From Candidatus Calditenuaceae archaeon (GTDB lineage: Archaea > Thermoproteota > Nitrososphaeria_A > Caldarchaeales > Calditenuaceae): a stretch of DNA of 64,000 nt. The position numbers and the translations under genes are program-made. Below are positions 45,259 to 53,243 of this stretch, piece after piece. Numbering within the stretch: the stretch's first letter is position 1; each line of letters begins with the position of its first letter. The stretch spans positions 379 through 64,378 of the forward strand of contig JANXEU010000007.1 in NCBI GenBank assembly GCA_025058055.1. The letters are read 5' to 3'. The notes beneath the pieces were generated by a model. That model made no database searches. It saw nothing but the letters and a program-made list of their open reading frames with translations, and was not told the origin of the DNA.

Positions 45259-46246
45259 CCATTACGACCTCCTCGGCCCTCACCTCTCTGGACAGCTTGC
45301 CGCCCTCAACTAAGAGCCTGCTAAGACCGATCAGAGGTTCGCGCTCGATCACTCCCACTTTAGCAGGATCCCTCGCGCCCATTAGCTCAAGCCCTATCGA
45401 GAACCTCTCAAGGAGAACATCGCGGTCTGTAGGAGGGTTGTAATCGCGGTAACTCATCGCTATGTCCACGGCCTGCTCTCTATTCGAGTAGGCCCAAGCT
45501 ATCCCCTTTCTAACCGCGTTCAGGAAACGCCTTACGACGTCGGCGTTCGCGTTCAGGTATTCCTCGTTGCCGAAGATGACCAGCGAAGGAAAGTTGAGCC
45601 CCAGATCACCGAAACGAATGAACTCCACGTCTATCCCCACTTTCCTGAACGAGGCCAGATCGGTGACCCAACCGACGGCCGCGTCGACTCTTCCTGACGC
45701 CAGAGGAGTTACCACATCGAAACCGATGTTCACTTTGTTCACCGAATCTGTCCTCAGCCCTTCCCTTTTGAGCAGCAAGTCGAACTGCAGGTCCTGTGTC
45801 GACCCAATCAGGGCTCCGACGGTCTTTCCTTGAAGGTCTGCCACAGATCGCGCTCTCGATGCCTTCAGCACGAATATTCCAGCGGGGTTCTCCTTGAAGA
45901 CCTGAAAGACGACCTTGAGCTTAGCCCCTTTGTCTATGGCTGAGAGGACCACGTCCAAAGTCGCGAGGCCGAGGTCGGCCTTCCCGGATGTGACCAGCTC
46001 AACGGCGTACGGGCTGTTCTTTCCGGGTACGATCTCTAACGCGATGCCTTCGTCCCTGAAGAAGCCTCTGCTCAACGCCGCGAAGTAGGGTACGTGGTGC
46101 CCGTCGAGAGCCCCGTAGTTGAGGACGAACCTGACGTGCCTCATTTCAGCAGGTTTGCCGTCTGACGACGGGTTGGAGAGGAACGCTGCCGTCGCGACGA
46201 TCGCGACCGCCATCAAAGCTAGCAGTAAGACTATTTTGGACCTCAC
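45242..46246 (-). CDS. ABC substrate-binding protein (NMT1/THI5 / SsuA-TauA-like), membrane-anchored
   Basis: The N-terminal TM/signal (MRSKIVLLLALMAVAIVATAAF) is followed by an NMT1-like fold (FVLNYGALDGHHVPYFAALSRGFF). It overlaps the oxidase start by 17 nt. Confidence 0.65.
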   Translation of the reverse strand: MRSKIVLLLALMAVAIVATAAFLSNPSSDGKPAEMRHVRFVLNYGALDGHHVPYFAALSRGFFRDEGIALEIVPGKNSPYAVELVTSGKADLGLATLDVVLSAIDKGAKLKVVFQVFKENPAGIFVLKASRARSVADLQGKTVGALIGSTQDLQFDLLLKREGLRTDSVNKVNIGFDVVTPLASGRVDAAVGWVTDLASFRKVGIDVEFIRFGDLGLNFPSLVIFGNEEYLNANADVVRRFLNAVRKGIAWAYSNREQAVDIAMSYRDYNPPTDRDVLLERFSIGLELMGARDPAKVGVIEREPLIGLSRLLVEGGKLSREVRAEEVVMDVSAK

Positions 46247-46566
46247 GGCCGCCCTCGATTTCCTCCTCTAGTTAAATTCGTCGCGGGTTTATTGTTGAAA
46301 ATTTATGCGGAATTATCATAATCACAGCAAATTGTGAGTGCGCGTACGACGCAAGACCAGATTCGACCGGCGTAGCGATCCTCGAAGGAGAGGCTTGGCT
46401 CAGGCGAAGTGGCCGGTGTGTGCCTGGATCCCGAAGTCCGACCGGGCATATTTTCTCACCTGTGGGCCAACGCCAGTAGAAGTAGCCCGCCATTTGAGTA
46501 GACGAAGATCAACATAAATCGGTCTTGTCTCAGAACGCCGCAGTCTCTCAGTTATTTGAGCGTGCC

Positions 46567-46579
46567 CTTAATTTATAAA
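46567..46579 (+). promoter_or_regulatory. TATA box (TTAATTTATAAAG) upstream of methyltransferase-ATP-grasp gene
   Basis: It lies 45-80 nt upstream of the candidate starts (TTG 46626 / ATG 46647). Confidence 0.35.
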
Positions 46580-46646
46580 GAAATAGGTATTTTATCAGGT
46601 AACATCGAACCGAATTGACGACCTGTTGGTGGCTAAACAGAGGACG

Positions 46647-48542
46647 ATGAGGGACGTTCCCTGGGGGACGGGCCCGGTGCCTCTGGAGGAGAGGGAAGAA
46701 CGCGACTGGTGGAGGAAGCTCTTCAACGACGTGTATCTGCTAACAGACGGCGATGTCGTCTGCAACAGGCGGCTGACCGAGTACGAGGTCGATATCGTAA
46801 TCGATCTCCTCGATTTGGACAAGGATGACCCGCTGCTGGATCTCTGCTGTGGAAACGGTAGACACTCCCTCGAGCTTGCGAGGCGGGGCTTCAGGAAGGT
46901 TTACGGGCTTGACTACTCGCAAACCCTCCTAAACGTCGCGAGGGACTCTGCACTCAGCGAGGGCCTTCTCGTCGACTTCCGGCAAGGAGACGCGAGGCGC
47001 CTGCCTTACGAGGACAACGCTTTCAACGCCGTCATAATGATGGGAAACAGCTTCGGTTACTTCAGGGATGAGGCTGACAACATTAGAGTGCTGAGGGAGG
47101 TTCACCGAGTCCTACGACCCTACGGCAGGCTGCTGATGGACTTGACTGACGCAGAGTGCTTCCGAAATACTTTCGAACCTGTAAGAGCTGAGGTTCACGA
47201 CCACACGCTCGTCGTTAGGTTGAGGGAGCTCTCGAGGGACCGTAGTAGGTTCTTCACACGAGAGATCGTCATCTCGGGTGATGCGATCGTAGCGGATCAG
47301 GTCTACGGCATCAGGCTTTACACGTTCGACGAGCTGAAGCGACTCTTGAGAGAGGCGGGATTCGTGAACGTCGCTCTTAGGACCAAACTCACCTACAATC
47401 CAGTCGATAAGGACCCCGGAATGATGGGCTCGAGGATGGTCGTTACAGCTCTGGCATCTAAAGAACCGAAGAACACAGGGAACAAACCGCTGATAGTGGT
47501 CCTTCTGGGCGATCCGAGAAGGCCGCATCCCGTTAAACCGGGATTCAGGTTCGACGAGGACGACGTTCACGCGGTAAACGAACTCAGGTCTGCTCTGCAC
47601 GGCATCGGAGACTACACGTACGCGTTCCTGGACGACCACTCAAAGATGCTACACTTCTTGATGGAGAAGAGGAACTCGATTCACATGGTCCTTAACCTCT
47701 GCGACGACGGCTTCTTCAACGATCCCTACAAGGAGGGACACGTGGCTGCGGTTCTGGACGTATTAGACGTGAGGTACACCGGAGCCGGACCCGCATGTCT
47801 CAGCATTTGCTACGACAAGTCCGCGGTGAAGGCCGTTGCCCGATCGATGGGCATTCCCGTTCCATATCACTTGGTGGTCAACAGCGTTAGGGAACTGCGT
47901 TCCGTGTCGACCCGACTTCTGCCGGCAGTAGTGAAGCCGAACTACGGGGACAACAGCTGGGGCATAACCAGTGAGAGCCTCGTTAAGACCACGGAAGAGC
48001 TCGTGAACGCCTTCAGGTCCCTCCGAGAGGAGTGGAAATACTCGGGCCCAGTGATCGTTGAGAAGTTCATAGAAGGTGACGACCTGACGGTCTCGATGAT
48101 CGGAAACCCACCGAACCTAATCTTCTTACCGGTCCTCAAGGAGGATTACTCCCAACTCCCCGCCGGGCTACCGCGAATTTTGACGTACGACGCGAAGTGG
48201 AACCCCAACTCTCCCTACTGGCGAGTCAATTCCGTTCCGGCACACCTGGACGACGGCCTCCGGGCTAAGCTACTCAAGTGGAGCGAGAAGCTCTTCGTGA
48301 GGTTGGGATGCAGAGACTACGCGCGGTTTGACTGGAGGCTTGGTAGCGACGGAGTTCCGAGGTTGCTCGAGGCCAACCCTAACCCCGGTTGGGTGTGGGA
48401 CGGCCACCTCCGCAAGGCTTGCAAGCACGCTGGGTGGACCTATGAGAGGATGTTCAAAGAGATCATCAGAGCTGCGGAGAAGAGATACGCGTTAAAGAAC
48501 CAAAACGGCAACGAGTTCAAGCATCTGTACCCCTCAACTTGA
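46647..48542 (+). CDS. Fusion protein: class I SAM-dependent methyltransferase (N-terminal) + D-alanine-D-alanine-ligase-like ATP-grasp domain (C-terminal)
   Basis: N-terminal half: motif I VIDLLDLDKDDPLLDLCCGNGRHSLELARRG plus the post-I acidic and motif II/III pattern. C-terminal ~330 aa: Ddl-like pre-ATP-grasp (LIVVLLGDPR...DYTYAFLDD) and ATP-grasp (LPAVVKPNYGDNSWGI..., VIVEKFIEGDDLTVSMIGN, RFDWRLGSDGVPRLLEANPNPG). The ORF track starts at TTG 46626. Confidence 0.7.
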   Translation: MRDVPWGTGPVPLEEREERDWWRKLFNDVYLLTDGDVVCNRRLTEYEVDIVIDLLDLDKDDPLLDLCCGNGRHSLELARRGFRKVYGLDYSQTLLNVARDSALSEGLLVDFRQGDARRLPYEDNAFNAVIMMGNSFGYFRDEADNIRVLREVHRVLRPYGRLLMDLTDAECFRNTFEPVRAEVHDHTLVVRLRELSRDRSRFFTREIVISGDAIVADQVYGIRLYTFDELKRLLREAGFVNVALRTKLTYNPVDKDPGMMGSRMVVTALASKEPKNTGNKPLIVVLLGDPRRPHPVKPGFRFDEDDVHAVNELRSALHGIGDYTYAFLDDHSKMLHFLMEKRNSIHMVLNLCDDGFFNDPYKEGHVAAVLDVLDVRYTGAGPACLSICYDKSAVKAVARSMGIPVPYHLVVNSVRELRSVSTRLLPAVVKPNYGDNSWGITSESLVKTTEELVNAFRSLREEWKYSGPVIVEKFIEGDDLTVSMIGNPPNLIFLPVLKEDYSQLPAGLPRILTYDAKWNPNSPYWRVNSVPAHLDDGLRAKLLKWSEKLFVRLGCRDYARFDWRLGSDGVPRLLEANPNPGWVWDGHLRKACKHAGWTYERMFKEIIRAAEKRYALKNQNGNEFKHLYPST

Positions 48543-48990
48543 CGAGCTTCGTCTTCCCATAGGGCTTCGTTGTGACGACGCCGCGTCTCTCTAGCTGCTT
48601 GATGACTCTGTGTGCCTTGACCCGTGAAATGCCAAGCCTTCTGGCGATCTCCTTCTGCGTCATCGGACCGGTACTCGACAGAAGATCGACGACCCTACTC
48701 TCCTCGTCCAGAAGACCGACTAGTTTCGTGGCTTGCGTGGGAGCCGCCAGCACGAATGCGAGTGTGACTCCGAGACCTACCGCGCCTATGACCACTAAAA
48801 TTCCGAGAACAGGGCCGAACGACATCACTTGATGACACATGGGACAATGCACCGTCATTGGAGGAAACGGTTGAACCGAGAGTACTGCCGCGACGGGAAG
48901 GATCAAGGCTACGGTAGAGATCACGAGGAGGGTCAGCAGAGCTCTGTTCACGAATAAACTTAGACGCCTCCTTATGATAACCGTTTTCAA
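48517..48990 (-). CDS. Membrane-anchored winged-helix (MarR/TrmB-like) transcriptional regulator
   Basis: Two predicted TM helices are followed by a C-terminal wHTH (MTQKEIARRLGISRVKAHRVIKQLERRGVV). Confidence 0.5.
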   Translation of the reverse strand: MKTVIIRRRLSLFVNRALLTLLVISTVALILPVAAVLSVQPFPPMTVHCPMCHQVMSFGPVLGILVVIGAVGLGVTLAFVLAAPTQATKLVGLLDEESRVVDLLSSTGPMTQKEIARRLGISRVKAHRVIKQLERRGVVTTKPYGKTKLVKLRGTDA

Positions 48991-49099
48991 TTCGGTGGGC
49001 TGGGAGACACGAAATCTAACTCATTGAGCCTGAGATTGAGATCTCTGAGTGTTGCGGGGAGCACCGATCTCCACACCTCGAGATGAACGAGTGCGGGGC

Positions 49100-49723
49100 C
49101 TAATGATTAAAGATCCAAGAAGCGAAAACCCAAGCGCCAATTCCCACGAGTATAAGGCTCCATATCCTATCGAAGTCAATCCAAAGCCTCTTCAGTGACC
49201 CTATACCCAGCACGAGGTAAACGGAGGCCGCAAAAGACGCCATTACTAAGACGGATGCGGTTGAGTGAAGCGCGATCATGTACAGACCTCCTGTCAAGCT
49301 CCCGGTCGCTCCTCCGTAAATGGAACAGTAGAGCGCGAAGAACGGCATCACCGATGGTATCGACCCATGAACTACACCTAACGCTGCGCCCAATGGGATC
49401 ATCTCAAGCCTTGAGCGCTTCAGCCCGAAGTACCAGTGTGTCCTTCTGAGAAGCCTGTAGGCTCCGAAGGCGATCAACGCCACAGCCGACGCCGGTGCGG
49501 TGACAGAGTTCAGCCACGATGTCGCGATGGAGATGGGCAGGAGCGAGAGCATCGCCAGAGTATGCCCAGCACCCAACAGTCCGACGGTAATGAACACCTC
49601 TCCTCTGCTCTTGTTCATCATACCTCGATGGACGCTGAGCAACCATCCAGACGTAGGGTTAGCACCGTGAATTAGCCCCATGTAGATGACCGTTGAGGCT
49701 ATGACTTCTTCAGGGAGGACCAT
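49100..49723 (-). CDS. Integral membrane protein (about 6 TM), possible metal/small-solute transporter
   Basis: Hydrophobic throughout with a His/Asn N-terminal motif (IHGANPTSGW). No confident family assignment. Confidence 0.4.
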   Translation of the reverse strand: MVLPEEVIASTVIYMGLIHGANPTSGWLLSVHRGMMNKSRGEVFITVGLLGAGHTLAMLSLLPISIATSWLNSVTAPASAVALIAFGAYRLLRRTHWYFGLKRSRLEMIPLGAALGVVHGSIPSVMPFFALYCSIYGGATGSLTGGLYMIALHSTASVLVMASFAASVYLVLGIGSLKRLWIDFDRIWSLILVGIGAWVFASWIFNH

Positions 49724-49727
49724 GAAC

Positions 49728-51119
49728 TCACGCTGACGGGTAACAGAAACTGTCCGAGCTCGAGTCGCCGCCCTCGAGCCTCACCTGATGGGCCTTCGCT
49801 TGGCCGAAATCAACGAAGAACCTGTCATCGACCGAAAGTTGCCCACCCTCAGAGTTGAGCTTAACCAACCATCCGTAAAGTCCCTCGGGATAGAATATCG
49901 GATCCCACGAGCTGTAAAGCGAGTTGGTCACATACACCCTCCTACCGTCTCTGCTCACCTCTACCATCTGCGGCGCACCGGTAAGTCTCCTTCCTGACGG
50001 ATGATCTGCTCTGTGAACTATTCCACCCAGCTTCGCTATCGACTTGAGCTTGGGCTCGAAGGGGTTGCTTACGTCGTAGCATCTCAGCTCTCCCGTACCC
50101 CAGCAGGAGACGTAGAGGTATCTATCGTCAACTGAGAGAACTATATCGGTCACCAATGGTGGAACGGCTCCGAAGGGCTTCAGGACGCCAGGCAAAAGGT
50201 TCTCTTCTAGCGGAACGGCCTCTATTTCGATCACCTTGCTCACATCCCAGCGGTTATCCTCCTTGTGCCAGAGCCAGATGCTGGAGCTTAGGTCCTTAAC
50301 GCTGATGACGACGTTCGCGAACCCCATCAACTTGGTGGGCTCGTGAAAAGGTCTCAACTCGAGCACCATCCGCTGCTCCTTCCCAAGCTCGATCGATTTT
50401 AGATGCTTCCTTTTCCTGAGGTCCCAGAAGTGAATCCTGTTACCGTAAAGGCCTTTGACAAGCGCGTCTAAGTCGAGCCCGTTCTCGAAGTACTTGGGGA
50501 CGGTCCACTCACTGGATATCATGACCTCTTCTGTGAGGTGCCACCAGAAATCGTAAGCCAAGTACTGGTCTCCCCGGTCGATCTCGAACCTTCCAAGTGG
50601 CTCGAGGGTCCTGTGGTCGAGCAACAAAACGCCTCCCGGACCTTCGTCACCAGTGCCGCCTAGACCGCTGAGGTAGACCGCATCCGGTCCACAATGTACG
50701 GTGTGAATTCTCGAGTATCCGCTGACCTCTCTTATCCTCTCACCTCTGATCTTCTTGACGAGCGTAGGCCTACGCGGATCTGGTTTCGTGTCAATCACGT
50801 AGACGTTCGAGGACCTCAACCCAGGCACTATCAGATACCGTCTCTCTAAAGTGGGGTCGCCATAGGGGCACAGCATGGAGCTACAGGCGTTCCATCCGAA
50901 GTGGTGAAGCTCGTCCCCGATCTCGGGAAGCTCTACCCTGTGTAAGATCTGGCTGTAGGTATCAGATTTCGGATCAACGTCTACGACGGCCAGGAAGTCC
51001 GGCTTCTGCAGACCTGTGCCAGTGTAAAGCCCGGCGACATACGCTATCGTCTCAGGAGGGCCTCTAACCGCCTCTCTCGGCGTCGGGTAAAAAGTCTGGT
51101 CGGGTTTGAGCCTGCTCAC
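49728..51119 (-). CDS. Selenium-binding protein family (SBP56 / methanethiol oxidase-like)
   Basis: 463 aa. FYPTPREAVRGPPETIAYVAGLYTGTG...DFLAVVDVDPKSDTYSQILHRVELPEIGDELHHFGWNACSS closely matches the SBP56 N-terminus. The start is GTG. Confidence 0.85.
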   Translation of the reverse strand: MSRLKPDQTFYPTPREAVRGPPETIAYVAGLYTGTGLQKPDFLAVVDVDPKSDTYSQILHRVELPEIGDELHHFGWNACSSMLCPYGDPTLERRYLIVPGLRSSNVYVIDTKPDPRRPTLVKKIRGERIREVSGYSRIHTVHCGPDAVYLSGLGGTGDEGPGGVLLLDHRTLEPLGRFEIDRGDQYLAYDFWWHLTEEVMISSEWTVPKYFENGLDLDALVKGLYGNRIHFWDLRKRKHLKSIELGKEQRMVLELRPFHEPTKLMGFANVVISVKDLSSSIWLWHKEDNRWDVSKVIEIEAVPLEENLLPGVLKPFGAVPPLVTDIVLSVDDRYLYVSCWGTGELRCYDVSNPFEPKLKSIAKLGGIVHRADHPSGRRLTGAPQMVEVSRDGRRVYVTNSLYSSWDPIFYPEGLYGWLVKLNSEGGQLSVDDRFFVDFGQAKAHQVRLEGGDSSSDSFCYPSA

Positions 51120-51137
51120 GCGCTACACACAAATCTA

Positions 51138-51151
51138 GTCATATATATAAT
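51138..51151 (-). promoter_or_regulatory. AT-rich TATA element (TTAATTATATATAT on - strand) upstream of SBP56 gene
   Basis: It lies 20-33 nt upstream of GTG 51119 within a strongly AT-rich ~60 nt stretch. Confidence 0.45.
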
Positions 51152-51446
51152 TAAAATGATTACTCAATAGGTCCAATATTATATTGCATTAATGCCCGAG
51201 AGGAGGTTGGAGAGGGTCTGAGTGGGTGGAAAACCGCGGAGTTCACGTTCTAGCGCGGTTGGGAGCGGTTCGACCAAAAGGGCTTTGGAGACCTGCCTCA
51301 GCTGCTCGAGGGCCTTGAAGCCCAATGCCGACACGTGGGAGCGTGATCGAACTAAGAAGTCCTCGGGCTGAGAGGCTATGCTCGGACGGTGATATCTTTT
51401 TATGGACGCCGTAGTGTCGCATTCACGCAAAAAGGTGAAAGATGAG

Positions 51447-51719
51447 ATGAGCACTTCGGACGTGACCGTGTTGGTAGGGAAGAAGCCAGCGATGAGCTAC
51501 GTTCTAGCGTGTCTGATAGCGTTGCAACAGGGCCAGAACATCACGTTGAAGGCTAGGGGTAAGGCGATCAGCAGGGCAGTGGACGTAGTTCAGATACTTC
51601 GAAACAGGTTCCTGAGGGACCTGAGGGTGCAGCAGATAAACTTGGGGACCGAGACGCTGAAGGGGCAGGACGGCCGCGACGTCAACGTCAGCACCATCGA
51701 GATCAAAATAGCCCACTGA
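51447..51719 (+). CDS. albA: Alba (Sso10b) chromatin/RNA-binding protein
   Basis: VTVLVGKKPAMSYVLACLIALQQGQNITLKARGKAISRAVDVVQILRNRF...VSTIEIKI is the Alba fold signature. The ORF track starts at ATG 51402; Met 51447 gives the canonical length. Confidence 0.85.
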   Translation: MSTSDVTVLVGKKPAMSYVLACLIALQQGQNITLKARGKAISRAVDVVQILRNRFLRDLRVQQINLGTETLKGQDGRDVNVSTIEIKIAH

Positions 51720-51765
51720 ACTAAAGTCGACAGGTGCGGAGCGATGAGCTGGGGGACCAGGGGAG

Positions 51766-52263
51766 TTGAGACTTCCGGTTTGCGAGTTCGACGTCAGGAC
51801 CGGAACCCTCTGCCCGAAATGCGAGCCCCTCATCTCGTCCGGTGCGTTATCACCGGAAGACCTACGAGCGATGAGGGAGCTTCTGGAGGCAGAGCTTCAG
51901 TTTCCCCAGCTCAAGACAGCTGAATACGTAAAAACCATACGAGCAAGCGGAATTTTCTTTGTCTTGCTTCGATATTACGCCGACCTGAGGCAGTTCAAGT
52001 TCAGACTTGAGCGACACCTTTCTCAGAGGCTAGGCGCTCAGGTGAACGTCATCGAGTACGCTGGGAGCGTGAACGCGTTGCTGGAGCAGCTCTTGAAGCC
52101 TGCAAGGGTGACCGGCATCAGCAGGGTGTGGCTTCCTGACGGAACCGAGCAACTCCTCGTGAAGGTGGACAAGATGTCCTCCGTTACCATCGGAATAGAC
52201 AGAGTTACCGATGTGCTCAAGGCCCTCCGGGGCATTGAGGTAGTAATCGAAGAGGCCGGGTGA
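51766..52263 (+). CDS. Putative RNA-binding protein: N-terminal Cys4 zinc ribbon + NusA-like KH region
   Basis: CEFDVRTGTLCPKCE zinc ribbon. The C-terminal VNVIEYAGSVNALLEQLLKPARVTGISRV...IGIDRV resembles archaeal NusA-like KH repeats. Tentative. Confidence 0.4.
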   Translation: MRLPVCEFDVRTGTLCPKCEPLISSGALSPEDLRAMRELLEAELQFPQLKTAEYVKTIRASGIFFVLLRYYADLRQFKFRLERHLSQRLGAQVNVIEYAGSVNALLEQLLKPARVTGISRVWLPDGTEQLLVKVDKMSSVTIGIDRVTDVLKALRGIEVVIEEAG

Positions 52264-52264
52264 C

Positions 52265-53161
52265 TCAGGTCAGTAGCCCTATGTAACGAGAGGCGCTGTC
52301 GGGTAACACGGTAACTACGAGGCCCTCTTCTAAATCCTGTGCCACGGAGATGGCCGCATAGACATTCGCACCTGCCGACGGCCCCGTGAGAAGTCCGAAC
52401 CTCCTCGCTAGGACGCGGGCCGTGTTATACGCATCCTCAGTCCTGACGAACACTCGAACGTCGGCAAAGCTATCGTCGTAAATCTTGGGAACGATCGCGT
52501 TGTACATGTTCTTCAGCCCCTCGATGCCGTGAAGCGGTTCGGCCGGCTGGACCTCCACCAACCTCACGTCTCTGATGACCTCCTTCAACCTCTTCCCCGC
52601 ACCCATAAGCGTTCCCGACGTGCCGACCCCCGCGACGAAGTGCGTTACCTTCCCTAATGTCTGCTCTATGATCTCCGGCCCGGTAGTCTCGTAGTGAGCC
52701 CTCAGGTTGGATGGGTTGTCGTATTGATTCGCGTAAAAGTATCGCTTTGGGTCGGATTCGTAGATCTCCCTCGCCTTCCTGATGGCGCCGTCGATGCCCT
52801 CGAGCGCGTCTGAGACGATGATCTCTGAGCCGAGATACCTCAAAAGGGCGAGCTTTTGCTGGCTGATGCTGCCCGGTACTACTAGGGTGACACCTATTCC
52901 AAGGGAGGCTCCCACCAACGCGAGCCCCAACCCCATGTTCCCCGACGTAGCATCGAGTATCCGTTTCTCTTGGGTCAGCGCACCGCTCCTCAATGCGTCC
53001 ATCACTATGTATAGGGCAGGCCTGTCCTTGACCGAGCCGCCAGGGTTCATGAACTCGGCTTTAGCCATGAGCCTCACCCCTCTCCGGTCTCCCAGTAGCC
53101 GCGTCAAATCGATCATAGGCGTCCTGCCGATAGCGCTCAGCACGCTTCCGAGCTCCATCAC
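52265..53161 (-). CDS. cysK: Cysteine synthase / O-acetylserine sulfhydrylase family (PLP-dependent, fold type II)
   Basis: GRTPMIDL, PGGSVKDRPA (PLP-lysine motif) and GVGTSGTLMG glycine loop. Confidence 0.8.
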   Translation of the reverse strand: MMELGSVLSAIGRTPMIDLTRLLGDRRGVRLMAKAEFMNPGGSVKDRPALYIVMDALRSGALTQEKRILDATSGNMGLGLALVGASLGIGVTLVVPGSISQQKLALLRYLGSEIIVSDALEGIDGAIRKAREIYESDPKRYFYANQYDNPSNLRAHYETTGPEIIEQTLGKVTHFVAGVGTSGTLMGAGKRLKEVIRDVRLVEVQPAEPLHGIEGLKNMYNAIVPKIYDDSFADVRVFVRTEDAYNTARVLARRFGLLTGPSAGANVYAAISVAQDLEEGLVVTVLPDSASRYIGLLT

Positions 53162-53243
53162 CGAAACTTGTATTGTCCTGTTATAATTTCAACGTAAGCA
53201 GTAACACCAGAACCAACAAATCCAGAAGCCATCTCCTTCCGGT

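Noticed and set aside
46320-46480. Possible tRNA or SRP RNA in the large intergenic region
   Set aside because: Candidate T-arm-like strings (ggatcccgaag, gattcgacc) do not assemble into a cloverleaf with a paired acceptor stem on either strand. I am left with only a generic 'possible ncRNA' note.
46272-46493. 73-aa minus-strand ORF in the 380-nt intergenic region
   Set aside because: It has poor codon usage and composition (W/R/P-rich) and no start context. I treat the region as non-coding or regulatory.
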